Shown here piece by piece: positions 28,235 to 38,253 of a DNA stretch of 59,605 nucleotides. The stretch comes from Patescibacteria group bacterium (lineage in GTDB: Bacteria; Patescibacteriota; UBA1384; XYA2-FULL-43-10; 1-14-0-10-43-13): NCBI GenBank assembly GCA_041649155.1, contig JBAZNP010000001.1:739183-798787 (forward strand). The letters run 5' to 3'. The notes beneath the pieces were generated by a model. The model did not search any database and was not told the DNA's origin. It saw only the letters and a list, made by a program, of their open reading frames with translations. The position numbers and the translations under genes are program-made. The first letter of the stretch is position 1, and each line of letters starts with the position of its first letter.

Positions 28235-29398
28235 ATGCAATTGTCTGAAAAGGTTAGCAAAGAAATCAAAAATTATATAATGAATCTTCTCGGCAGAGAT
28301 GCTTTTGTTATAGGCATGGATGGAATATGTTTAGCTTCTCCTGATCCTAATCAAATAGGATCTAAAATTGAATTACAAAAAGATGCTTTTAAAGCAACTG
28401 ATGTGAGAGCTGTTGAAGTAAATAAACGTCAACAAGTTCTAATTCCTCTTGAATATCAAAAAGAAACTATCGCCTTACTTCTATTAAATGAGAAACTAGA
28501 AAAACTCAATAGCTATATTTCTTTAGTCAAGAGTTTCGCTGAGCTATTAATCCAGCAATATTATGAAAACAATAAACCAATATTTGATACTACTGACCAA
28601 TTTATTACAAAACTAGTAAATAATGCCTCAAGACATGATTGGCCTTTGTATGAGTCTGAAGCGAAAGTTCTAGGTTATGATCTAAGTGCAAAACGTGTTG
28701 CTATTGTAATTCATCTAGATGGTTTCTGGGAAAAGTGTCTTTTGTCTATCGATCAACCTAGTTTTGAACGCGACGAAGTAATAAAAAATGCCAAAAGAAG
28801 TATAGAGAATACTATTAATGGTTTCTTTTCCAGGAACAATGATGTGATAATTGCCTATTTGGGAAGTGATAAGTTCGCTGTATTTAAGGCGGTTAGCGAT
28901 CAAGATCAAGCCAATATTGTCAAATTTTTAAAAAAGTCCTACAAATCTATTTTTGAGCCGCTAAAAAATTATCGCATAAATAGCATTGCTGTCGGCTTTG
29001 GAGAAGCTTACAGCGGAATTGAGGGGCTTGTGACGGGATTTAGAGAGGCAGACTTATCACTAGAGCTCGGTCAGAAGCTTTGGGGAAAAGATAAAGGCTA
29101 TTATTTTGGTGATTTGGGGATTCTTACTATTTTAGGAGAAGGAAATAGAGAAAAAAATGTTCAGTTTGCAAATCAAATGTTAGATTGTATGCATAATAAA
29201 GATTTAAATGAAACATTAGAATGTTTCTTTGATCAAAATCTAAATTTGACTGAAACTGCCGAAGAACTTGGAGTGCATCGAAATACTATAATTTATAGAT
29301 TAAACCAGATATCAAAAATTCTTGGTGCAGATCCTAGAGTATTTGATCAGGCAATGACGATAAAAATAGCTCTCCTGATAAGAAGACTCTTTGCGTAA
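28235..29398 (+). CDS. CdaR/PucR family transcriptional regulator
   Basis: N-terminal sensor-like domain, C-terminal NLNLTETAEELGVHRNTIIYRL HTH. Confidence 0.88.
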   Translation: MQLSEKVSKEIKNYIMNLLGRDAFVIGMDGICLASPDPNQIGSKIELQKDAFKATDVRAVEVNKRQQVLIPLEYQKETIALLLLNEKLEKLNSYISLVKSFAELLIQQYYENNKPIFDTTDQFITKLVNNASRHDWPLYESEAKVLGYDLSAKRVAIVIHLDGFWEKCLLSIDQPSFERDEVIKNAKRSIENTINGFFSRNNDVIIAYLGSDKFAVFKAVSDQDQANIVKFLKKSYKSIFEPLKNYRINSIAVGFGEAYSGIEGLVTGFREADLSLELGQKLWGKDKGYYFGDLGILTILGEGNREKNVQFANQMLDCMHNKDLNETLECFFDQNLNLTETAEELGVHRNTIIYRLNQISKILGADPRVFDQAMTIKIALLIRRLFA

Positions 29399-29532
29399 AT
29401 AAAAGACATATCGTGTCTCGTTCCTGATTTTTTGGAGGCTATTTCACTTTTTTATCAGTCTTAGTTAGGCGTCGAGCCTAGACGGATGCGCTGATTAATT
29501 TAACAATCATATTCTGCGATAAAAATTACCAT

Positions 29533-29569
29533 AAAAAATAAGCCAAAATTAATCATTGGCTTATTTTTT
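29533..29569. terminator. Bidirectional terminator
   Basis: AAAAAATAAGCCAA / TTGGCTTATTTTTT. Confidence 0.7.
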
Positions 29570-29576
29570 AATCAGG

Positions 29577-29963
29577 TTAATTTAATATCGTATTGATTTT
29601 TGCAATTACATCATTGGGCGTATTTAGGGCCTTAATCATGTAATCAGTTGCACCCAAAGACAGGGCTAATTTCTTATCACTATCAAATGATTTGCTTCCA
29701 ATATTAGTCAATACTATCACCGGAATTTGATTGAGTTTTTTATCGAGCTGTATTTTTTTAAGAATCTCAAATCCGTTTAGACCTGGCATTAGTATATCTA
29801 ATAATATCAAGTCTGCGCCTTGTTTAATTTTCGCAATTGCTTTCTTTCCGTCCATGACCGTGGCTACCGCGAAGCCTTCGATCTTAAGTTTTTCTTTGTA
29901 CATTTCAACCAATGTTTGATTGTCTTCTACTATTAGGATTTTCTTTTTTTCCTTATTTGTCAT
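29577..29963 (-). CDS. Single-domain response regulator
   Basis: ILIVED, LLDILMP phospho-Asp, VLTN, MIKA; no output domain. Confidence 0.95.
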   Translation of the reverse strand: MTNKEKKKILIVEDNQTLVEMYKEKLKIEGFAVATVMDGKKAIAKIKQGADLILLDILMPGLNGFEILKKIQLDKKLNQIPVIVLTNIGSKSFDSDKKLALSLGATDYMIKALNTPNDVIAKINTILN

Positions 29964-29981
29964 GATAGCTCTTTCTTTTTA

Positions 29982-32900
29982 TTAATTTGCTAATGGTAAC
30001 AATATTGAGATACTCGAACCTTTGCCTAATCTACTTGTAACTTGTACTTTGCCGCCTTGTTTTTCTATTAAGTTTTTTACAATAAACAGACCAAGCCCTG
30101 TGCCTCCTGCTTTAATACTTTCTGAATTTTGCACTCTATAGAATTTGTTAAAGATTGCAGCTTGATCTTTTTTGGGAATTCCAACTCCGGTATCTTCTAC
30201 TACTATTCCCCCAAGGTTTTTTAATCTCTCGTTCCTTAATATTATATCGCCGCTTAATGTGTATTTTATGGCATTATCTACAAGATTTGATAATGCTTGT
30301 TTTGTCTTATCGTAATCTCCAATAAGTTTAATATTTTTAGATGCGACAGCTATTTTTAAATTAATGTTTTTGTCTGCCGCCTTTTGTTCAAAGTCAGCAA
30401 TAACATCTTTCATTAAATTGGTTGAGCTGAATGGAATTTTATCAAATACTGTTTTGTTCTCCTCTATCCTAGCGGTTTTAAGTAGATCTTCCACAAGAAT
30501 GACTAATTTATCAGTTGCTTGGTAGACTTTGTCAAAATATAACTTTTGTCTCGGATTAATTTCTCCTGCATCTCCACTTAAAATCATTGAGAGGTAGCCT
30601 TTAATAGCTGTAATCGGAGTTCTAAGCTCGTGAGTAGTAGTGTATATAAATTCTTTATTTCGATCTTCCATGGTTTTCTCTTTCGAAATATCTCTTATTA
30701 TTGCAATCACATAATCAAAATCATCTTCTTTAAAAATAAATGAAAGTGTGATTCCCAACCATTGTTCTTGCTGGTCTGAATTAAAGCTTCTAACTTCACG
30801 ATAAACTGTTCTGGTTTTATTTTCTAAAATATCTTTTTTTATTTTTTTATATTTTAGGACTATATCTGTATTATTTCTTAAAAAAATATCAGATGATTCG
30901 AAACCGGTAATTAGCTCCATTGCCTTATTCCAAACCATTATTTTATCTTTTGAGTCAAATACAATAATTCCGTCGCCAGAGTTATCTATAATGTTTTTCA
31001 GCTGTTGTTCATCTTGTCTGATCTGTTTAAAAAGCTTAGCCGTATCCATTCTTGAGGCTATTCTTTCTGCAATAATACTAAGCCATTTTATATCTCTGCT
31101 ATTATATTTTTTTTCTTTATTGATTGCGTATAAAAATCCAATAGTTTCATTATTTAGTTTGATCGGAGTTAAGATTATTCTGGAAATATTATTTATATTA
31201 TCAAAGTTATTTTTTGCATCGTTACATATAAATTCATCTTTAAAATTCTTTCTTTCCATTATTTGTGCAATTAAACTCGGTATTTCGGAATTTTCGTTTT
31301 TAACCAAGCCGATTTTATCGTCTTTCGGATTTAAAAAATAAAGATCTGCTACTTTCGAATCTAATATGGTAGCGGTTTTCTTTAGTACATTGCTATAAAA
31401 ATTTGGAGAGCTTATAGAGAGCGAGGATATCCTAAACAATCCGGTTAACTGTTCAATTTGTTTTTTAACTGTTTCCTGTTTTTTTACTAATTTTGTTGTA
31501 TCAGAAAAACCTATAAGGACACTATTGCATCGATTATTTTTTTCAATTACAGGATTAAATTGACATTTAATTCTGTCTCCTGTTCTTTTTTTTGAAACGA
31601 ATTCCATGTTATATGTTTTCTTATTTTTAATAGACTTTTGAATCGTTATCTGCATATTTTTCGAATTTGCTTCATTTAATTCTGAGAGATAATGGTTAAT
31701 ACTTTTATTCTCTAAATCATTCTTTTTCAAAGGAAGTAATTTTATTGCTGCTTCGTTTGTGAATATAAGATTGAAATTTCTATCTACCATGATCAACCCA
31801 TCAGTTGTGGTCTCTAACACTTTTTCGAATGTTTCCCTTTCATTGTCTAGTTGTTGGTATAGTTTTTCATATTCCATTGCCTGAGCTATCCTGTTGGCGA
31901 CTATTGATGCTGTTTTAGTTTCGTCCTCAGAAAAAAAATGATTTTTTGATTTTGTCAGATTTAATACACCCCGTAATTTATTATTATAAATCACAGGTAT
32001 TGAGAGTAGCGATCTTGCTTTGTGATGCGAAAAGGGAATAAAAAGAGGGTCTTTTTCTGTATTTGGAATCGCTAGGATTGTTTTATTTTGTGCAACATAT
32101 CCAGCAGCCCCTGTTCCTATTTTTAAACTCAAGGGCTTGTGCTTAGGGTCGTCATTATCGCTGTAACTAAAAATTACTTTTAAACAATTACTTTTAGGCA
32201 CCATTAAACTAGCTCCTATGATATCCATGCCTATAAACATCTGCTTCAGCATCGTTTTGATTATGTTCGTATGATTTGACTCCGAACTTAAGGCTAAGGA
32301 TGTCTGGTAGCTTAAAACGTTATGTGCTTCTTGACGTCGTTCTTTGGTGATGTCCTTAACAACAAGGGTGGAACCACATATTTTACCATTGTTGATCAGC
32401 GGGTTTGCAATTATGTTAAATGATTGATTTTGGTTTTTAATAATATTCGAGATTGTATATTCTTCTGATATTGCTCGTGAAGAAATCTCCGACAGAGATT
32501 TTATGAATTTGTCATACTTCTTATTGTTAGCTCTTTTTAGAGTTGACAACATCTTTTCTGCGGTGTTGTTTGTAAAGGTGGGGTTATTCTTTTTGTCGAA
32601 TGTGATGATGGAAAATGGGATAGTATCTATAATAGAGCTTTCTGGCAGTCTGGTAGTTCTGTTAATATCGGCGTGGATTATTGGATTTTCATTTTTTTCA
32701 AAAAAATTAATTCTAGACAATATAATTTTTGCATTAGAGATTAAATCAACATCTTTTAATCCATCTTTTTTTTGCCAGACTAGGCTAGCTTGACTAGTTC
32801 CAATAAAATTAAAATCTTTAATTTTGCATCTAAAAATATAGCACTCGTGAAGTTCTGCTCCATATCGACAAGGATCAATGAGTGTTTGATGAAGAATTAG

Positions 32901-33233
32901 TTTCTTGCTTTTTAAATCCAATCCAACTTTGTCTACGAACAACCTGCTCAGTGCTTCTTCAACTGATTCTTCATAATGCAGATGTGTTGTCGGTATACCA
33001 AATCCATATGGAAATTTTTGTCTTTTAATTAGTAAAATATTATCTTTTTTTTCAATTATTGCACCAATCGTTACGTGTTTTATCAGCCCATTCTCTTTTG
33101 TTGAGTAATTTTGTCCATCGTTATCAATTACGCGCGTATTTTTTTCTCCACAGTTGGAACAATAATAAAATATGTGGTTTTTCTCCACAACAGTCGAAAC
33201 ATTTTCACTTAGGCAGTTGATGCATTGCTTCAT
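29982..33233 (-). CDS. Soluble sensor histidine kinase: Zn-ribbon, Nudix-like, PAS/GAF repeats, HisKA/HATPase
   Basis: CxxC/CxxC N-terminus; THELRTPITAIKG, NLVDNAIKYT, DTGVGIP, GGTGLGL; GAF-like GTGAAGYVAQ; no TM. Confidence 0.9.
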   Translation of the reverse strand: MKQCINCLSENVSTVVEKNHIFYYCSNCGEKNTRVIDNDGQNYSTKENGLIKHVTIGAIIEKKDNILLIKRQKFPYGFGIPTTHLHYEESVEEALSRLFVDKVGLDLKSKKLILHQTLIDPCRYGAELHECYIFRCKIKDFNFIGTSQASLVWQKKDGLKDVDLISNAKIILSRINFFEKNENPIIHADINRTTRLPESSIIDTIPFSIITFDKKNNPTFTNNTAEKMLSTLKRANNKKYDKFIKSLSEISSRAISEEYTISNIIKNQNQSFNIIANPLINNGKICGSTLVVKDITKERRQEAHNVLSYQTSLALSSESNHTNIIKTMLKQMFIGMDIIGASLMVPKSNCLKVIFSYSDNDDPKHKPLSLKIGTGAAGYVAQNKTILAIPNTEKDPLFIPFSHHKARSLLSIPVIYNNKLRGVLNLTKSKNHFFSEDETKTASIVANRIAQAMEYEKLYQQLDNERETFEKVLETTTDGLIMVDRNFNLIFTNEAAIKLLPLKKNDLENKSINHYLSELNEANSKNMQITIQKSIKNKKTYNMEFVSKKRTGDRIKCQFNPVIEKNNRCNSVLIGFSDTTKLVKKQETVKKQIEQLTGLFRISSLSISSPNFYSNVLKKTATILDSKVADLYFLNPKDDKIGLVKNENSEIPSLIAQIMERKNFKDEFICNDAKNNFDNINNISRIILTPIKLNNETIGFLYAINKEKKYNSRDIKWLSIIAERIASRMDTAKLFKQIRQDEQQLKNIIDNSGDGIIVFDSKDKIMVWNKAMELITGFESSDIFLRNNTDIVLKYKKIKKDILENKTRTVYREVRSFNSDQQEQWLGITLSFIFKEDDFDYVIAIIRDISKEKTMEDRNKEFIYTTTHELRTPITAIKGYLSMILSGDAGEINPRQKLYFDKVYQATDKLVILVEDLLKTARIEENKTVFDKIPFSSTNLMKDVIADFEQKAADKNINLKIAVASKNIKLIGDYDKTKQALSNLVDNAIKYTLSGDIILRNERLKNLGGIVVEDTGVGIPKKDQAAIFNKFYRVQNSESIKAGGTGLGLFIVKNLIEKQGGKVQVTSRLGKGSSISILLPLAN

Positions 33234-33333
33234 AATTATATTTAAGAAATTAAATTTGGGATGTTGGGGCGAAAGCAGTTAAACTCACGCCCCGTGTTGC
33301 TGACCAACCATTATTTTTTTCATGGCTTCCTAC

Positions 33334-34185
33334 CTATTCGTGCCCCATTACGAACATTCTGCCCAAACCGGCAAGTTTCTCCTTGGCGATACAATGATGT
33401 TTTTTTGCTTTGACGACTTCCTCAATCAAAGATGCGAGCTTGTGCATATCCTCTTTGGTTTCATTCTTTGCCTCATAGCAATTTTTGCTGGATTTTTTAA
33501 GTGGAGGAGAAAAAGAAACGGAATCCAATACTTTTAGAGATGCAATAACCCATTCATGATGTGATTTCGGACTATATCTTTCAATAAGCCTTTTAGCTCG
33601 TGTCCCTTTTTCACAGTTCAGCCGTATAATTGTTATTTCCGGGAAGATTTCAACAAAATCATCTTCCAGTTCGGTTGAAATCTCAAGTAGTAAAACTTGA
33701 TTCTGGTTAAGCTCTGAATGTTGTTTCAGGATTCCATTGACTAGATAGCGATTGATGAATTCGTCGGAACATGCCACCATTTCTTCAGCTTCAGGAATAA
33801 ACACTCCTAAATTTGCTAATCTCGTTTTTTTCATCCAATAGATCCACTCTGGACAAGGCTCTAAACAGATTCCGACGTTCATAGAGCAAAGTTGTGGCTC
33901 GTTGCAGTCAATGATATCCCAAACGGAAATACGTCTATAGGGCATTTTTCCGTTTTTTTCCAACTTGGTTGGGGGGCGGACAGAATCTTTGTCAACAAAG
34001 ACGAATCTTTCATTATTGCGATTTAGAAGGTGCGCTATTAGGCTTGATTTGCCGACTCCAGCAGGACCTGAGATCGCAATAACATTACTCCTTGTCGTTT
34101 TATCGTGAATACTCAAATCATTTCGGTCTGACCATCCACGTCTAATGTGTATCCTCCCATTGGGGGGATAGCATTTTGTGTGCAC
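33334..34185 (-). CDS. Divergent P-loop kinase, guanylate-kinase-like
   Basis: GPAGVGKS Walker A; SVRPPTKLEKNGKMPY resembles the GK substrate loop; GGAGG RBS, GTG start. Confidence 0.6.
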   Translation of the reverse strand: MHTKCYPPNGRIHIRRGWSDRNDLSIHDKTTRSNVIAISGPAGVGKSSLIAHLLNRNNERFVFVDKDSVRPPTKLEKNGKMPYRRISVWDIIDCNEPQLCSMNVGICLEPCPEWIYWMKKTRLANLGVFIPEAEEMVACSDEFINRYLVNGILKQHSELNQNQVLLLEISTELEDDFVEIFPEITIIRLNCEKGTRAKRLIERYSPKSHHEWVIASLKVLDSVSFSPPLKKSSKNCYEAKNETKEDMHKLASLIEEVVKAKKHHCIAKEKLAGLGRMFVMGHE

Positions 34186-34633
34186 TTTACTTCCCTCCTT
34201 CTTTGCGAGATATCTTTCATATCACGGTCGTCACTTTTTCTCCAGTATTTTGAAACCACTGTTAGGATACAAGGATCGGTTTAAGATTTTTATATGTTTT
34301 TTAATAATAAACTCGTTTTTTTGGCCCTTTTTTTGTGATTTATTACAAAAAAAGGGCCAAAAAGCTCGTTTTTAAATTGAAAAAATATTTAATTTAGATA
34401 CTTCTACAAATTTCAGCCATTGTGATTTATTATAAAAAATGTTTGATTTTAAGCTCAACCTTATTGACAAAAAATACAAAATGTTATTAAAGAAATCACC
34501 AGTTCATGACTGAAAATAGCACTGTTTGGTTGCCAAAATGCCTTGACATACTTTTGGCTAGACCTTAAGATTGATCGGTTTTATTAGAACCAAGCCCAAG
34601 ATGGCTTTTAAAAGTTAGGATTTCATACAAATT

Positions 34634-35938
34634 ATGAACAAAAAGGATATTGAGAATTATCTCAAAGAGACATTATTATTAGCTAAAAAAAATAAAAATA
34701 AATATGAAAAGAAATTAAGAAAAATTATATACTTGCATCAAAATAAAATTCCTGCACTCGCAGCTATTTGTTTGTTAACAGGTGTTTTATTGGTGGCGGG
34801 TATAATAAAAAGTCCGGTTAGATCTTTAAGTGTGGCTAAATTAAACCAGTCGATAAATACTTCATTGTCTTCTGACGCTCCGGATTTAAATAATTTAAAT
34901 TTTAAAAATATCGAAAAATTCGAAGTTCCAAATGCAAAGGCAACAGTAATATACATACCTCAGCTGCATAAGGAGCCAACTTCAAATGCTTCCGATAAAA
35001 CGAACGATCAGGCAACGACAGTTCAGAAAGAGATTTCGGGCATGTTGAAAACATTGGTTGACGACAACCATGTCAAATATGTAATGGACGAAACCGATCT
35101 TTATGGGTCAATGCCTGCTGATAAGGTTGAAAAAATTAAAGCTGGTTTTTCGGAGATTGAAGGAATTAGGTCGGATATAAAAACGATTATCGAACATTAT
35201 TTGAAGGATGGCGGTTCTACTGAAACTGCGGATGCTGTTCAAAAAAGCGTGGACGAAAAGCTTGATGGTTATGAACGAAACATATATCTAACTGGTGGCG
35301 CGGCTGTGTTAGCAGCTCAAGATGATGATGCACATGTATATGGTTCACAAAATGCAGATACCATTAATGAAGCAAAGGTAGAATTACAAAACCTCGTTTA
35401 CATGGAAGCAAGAATAAAAGAGCTCGAAGCTCAAAATGGTTCGGGATCGATCGGAACAACATCGACTTCAAGCAGTAGCCAGTCATCGGCTGCAAGTATC
35501 TTGTCTGCGTTGGGAAGTAGTAGTAAAAGTAACGGAAGTTCTTTGCAACCTATTATAAATTTTGCGAAGAAAAATAACGATACAGAATTAATCGAGGAAA
35601 TTAGTAAGATTACTAGTGCCTCTAAAGCTTTTACATCTAGCAGAAGTTATGAAACAACTTCAGCCACATCTACAACGACGGCTCCGGTAAATGTTTATAA
35701 GAATGTTACTGATTTGGAAGGATTAAAGGAAGAGTATCAGACTGCCTATAATAAGTTCATGAAGTTAGCCAAAGACCAAAGAAGTCAAGAGGTCGCTGAT
35801 AACATTGATAAAATGATGGAAGAAAATGGCCAAAATACAAGCATCTTAGTGTTCGGTATGCAGCATAAGGATCAGCTAGTCACAGCTCTTAATAAGAAAA
35901 ATATTAACGTGATTGTAATTACTCCTGAGTCCGAATAG
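34634..35938 (+). CDS. Membrane-anchored protein, possible TraB/Tiki/ChaN-like fold
   Basis: TM near aa 40-58; PQLH, VMDE, QRS, FGMQH; Ser/Thr-rich insert; TTGACA-17-TAAGAT at 34543-34571. Confidence 0.7.
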   Translation: MNKKDIENYLKETLLLAKKNKNKYEKKLRKIIYLHQNKIPALAAICLLTGVLLVAGIIKSPVRSLSVAKLNQSINTSLSSDAPDLNNLNFKNIEKFEVPNAKATVIYIPQLHKEPTSNASDKTNDQATTVQKEISGMLKTLVDDNHVKYVMDETDLYGSMPADKVEKIKAGFSEIEGIRSDIKTIIEHYLKDGGSTETADAVQKSVDEKLDGYERNIYLTGGAAVLAAQDDDAHVYGSQNADTINEAKVELQNLVYMEARIKELEAQNGSGSIGTTSTSSSSQSSAASILSALGSSSKSNGSSLQPIINFAKKNNDTELIEEISKITSASKAFTSSRSYETTSATSTTTAPVNVYKNVTDLEGLKEEYQTAYNKFMKLAKDQRSQEVADNIDKMMEENGQNTSILVFGMQHKDQLVTALNKKNINVIVITPESE

Positions 35939-35971
35939 TTATTAAAGACACAAAAGCATATCGTTTTACAA

Positions 35972-36005
35972 AAATATCGCTCCGATAAATATCGGAGCGA
36001 TATTT
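35972..36005. terminator. Perfect 15-bp hairpin (terminator/REP-like)
   Basis: AAATATCGCTCCGAT-aaat-ATCGGAGCGATATTT. Confidence 0.6.
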
Positions 36006-36281
36006 ATTTAGATAAAATTACAAGATTAACAAATTTAAGTTCTGCGTTGTTGTGTTTGTTGATAGAGAATATGAGCCATTTTAAAATTAGTATAATGATG
36101 CCTTAAAAAACACATCCATTTCGCCATAATTAATAAATTACAACATTTTGGGAATATTTCTTTGCAGACTGCGGTCGAATAAGAAATTCCCGATCAAATT
36201 TAACCAAGTGGCTATGAGACGGATTTGCAATGAGGTAAATTAAAACGCCTTCTTTTTCCTACTAGGATGAGGAGGGTGTTT

Positions 36282-37112
36282 TTAATTATTTCTCTTTAAT
36301 CTGTTAATAAGGATAAGCCAAAGAAATTTTGGCAAAGCCATCTGCCTTTTGATTCTAATAGGTTCTTTAATGAGTCTATATAGCCATTCGAGACCGGATT
36401 TTTGCATCCATTTAGGAGCTCGTTTTTTTACGCCGGCGATAAAGTCAAATGATCCGCCAACTCCAATGCCAATTTTGCATTTGGTTTTGTTTAAGTTTTC
36501 AGCCAGCCATTTTTCCTGTTTTGGTGCGCCAAAAGCCACCAACAATATATCGGTACGTGATTTATTTATTGCTTCCAGCATCTGATTGGTTTCCTCGGCT
36601 TTGCCTGAATATACTCCAGAGATTTTTAAACCGGGAATTTCTGTTTGTAGCTGGAGTGCTGTTCTCTCAGCGACAGTCGGCGCACCTCCGAGTAAAAACA
36701 TTCTTAATTTATTGTTCGCGGCAAATTTAGCGATTTTTCTAGTGAAATCTGCTCCAGTTACCCGTTCTTCTAAGGGGTTTTTAAAGAAGCTAGGTAGCAA
36801 TGGGATTAATAGAATGGATAAAATCCATTCGATAATGATTGTTGCCTCTCTGATAAATGAAATTTCTGGTGTTGGCAAAGTGTTAAATCTAGCAGCCCAT
36901 AATAATCCAAATCCGTCAGGCAGATTTAAGCTCGATGTATCGTTTAGTATTTCTTTAAAATAGCCATCTTCCTGAGCAGACACAATAAATTCTGTGTTTG
37001 GAGTACAAATTAAAACTGGTTTTTTTTGCAATATAAAAGTGTCCAATTTCTCTGTAACTTGATCGGATTTAAAGTTATCAATTTTAATGTCTAAAATTTT
37101 AATCTTTGACAT
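36282..37112 (-). CDS. WecB/TagA/CpsF family glycosyltransferase
   Basis: TPNTE, PDGFGL, RVTGAD, VAFGAPKQEKW, GVGGSFDF, RAPKWMQ...LEWLYR. Confidence 0.95.
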   Translation of the reverse strand: MSKIKILDIKIDNFKSDQVTEKLDTFILQKKPVLICTPNTEFIVSAQEDGYFKEILNDTSSLNLPDGFGLLWAARFNTLPTPEISFIREATIIIEWILSILLIPLLPSFFKNPLEERVTGADFTRKIAKFAANNKLRMFLLGGAPTVAERTALQLQTEIPGLKISGVYSGKAEETNQMLEAINKSRTDILLVAFGAPKQEKWLAENLNKTKCKIGIGVGGSFDFIAGVKKRAPKWMQKSGLEWLYRLIKEPIRIKRQMALPKFLWLILINRLKRNN

Positions 37113-38253
37113 TTGGTTCCATTTTTTTTAGATATTGCTGATAGCCGCTTTCAATTTCTTTCATCAGATTTGCTTTAAAATTTTCTTCGGAGAATTTTAA
37201 AGCTTGTTCTCGGCATGTCTTGGGGGAAAATTGTAGAATATTTTTCTCAAATTCAGATATTGTTTCGTTCAGAGATTTGGAGTCAGCTTCGTTAAAAAAT
37301 AGGCCCGTTTTACCATCTGTGACGCTTTCCGTGACGCCTCCTTTGCCATAGGCAATAACTGGACGTCCGGTTGCCATTGACTCAATTGGTGTCATACCAG
37401 CATCTTCTTCGGCTGGAAATATTAATGCCTTAGCGTTTCGCATATATTCATGAACTGCTTTATCTGACTGCCATCCGAGAAATTCAATATTGCTTTTAGC
37501 CTTGCTTTTTAAGTGGTTAATTTCTGAGCCGGTACCAATAATTACCAGTGGTTTTCCTGTTTGATTGAAAGCATCTATGGCTATATTCACCTTCTTATAA
37601 GGTTCTAAGCGGGAAACGATCAAATAATAATCGTCCGGTACGTTTTCACTAAATTCAATTTTTTTCACTGGTATCGGAGGATATACAACCCGTGAATCTT
37701 TTTGATAGTACTTTTTTATTCTATTTTTAACATTTAGCGAGTTTGCAATCCATTTATCAACACGGTGGCTGGAAACTTTGTCCCAAATTCTGATTTCATA
37801 AAGTGTTTTTCTGACGAAAAGGCCTTTTAAACCATATCCTATTTTGTTTTCAGCCAAATATTCATTTGTGTAATCCCACGCATATCGCATAGGCGAATGA
37901 CAATAAGAAAGATGGAATGTTTTGGGGCTGGTAATTATGCCATGAGCGAAAGAATTCGATGAAGATATTACGATGTCATACTCTGAAAAATCAAATTCCT
38001 CGATTGCTTTAGAGCAAAGCGGAAGTAAAAATTTGGTTTTGTTTTTTATTACCGCGGGATATCTGTTTAAAGAAGAACCAATTACGTTGCAATTTTTAAA
38101 AGCACTTTTTGTACCATTTTCGTCGTAAACAAGCGTAAAAATGGGGGCATCTGGAAATAGCTCATGCATTGAAAGCAGAACTTTTTCGGCACCGCCAATT
38201 TTGGTTAAAAAATCATGTACGATAGCAATTTTTAATTGACTAATTTCTTTCAT
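37099..38253 (-). CDS. Glycosyltransferase family 4
   Basis: HDFL..IGGAEKV, VSRLEPYK, EDAGMTPIESMATG. Confidence 0.92.
   Translation of the reverse strand: MKEISQLKIAIVHDFLTKIGGAEKVLLSMHELFPDAPIFTLVYDENGTKSAFKNCNVIGSSLNRYPAVIKNKTKFLLPLCSKAIEEFDFSEYDIVISSSNSFAHGIITSPKTFHLSYCHSPMRYAWDYTNEYLAENKIGYGLKGLFVRKTLYEIRIWDKVSSHRVDKWIANSLNVKNRIKKYYQKDSRVVYPPIPVKKIEFSENVPDDYYLIVSRLEPYKKVNIAIDAFNQTGKPLVIIGTGSEINHLKSKAKSNIEFLGWQSDKAVHEYMRNAKALIFPAEEDAGMTPIESMATGRPVIAYGKGGVTESVTDGKTGLFFNEADSKSLNETISEFEKNILQFSPKTCREQALKFSEENFKANLMKEIESGYQQYLKKMEPNVKD

Noticed and set aside
36006-36281. Small gene or transposase remnant in the gap
   Set aside because: Only short frames without RBS or recognisable motifs on either strand.
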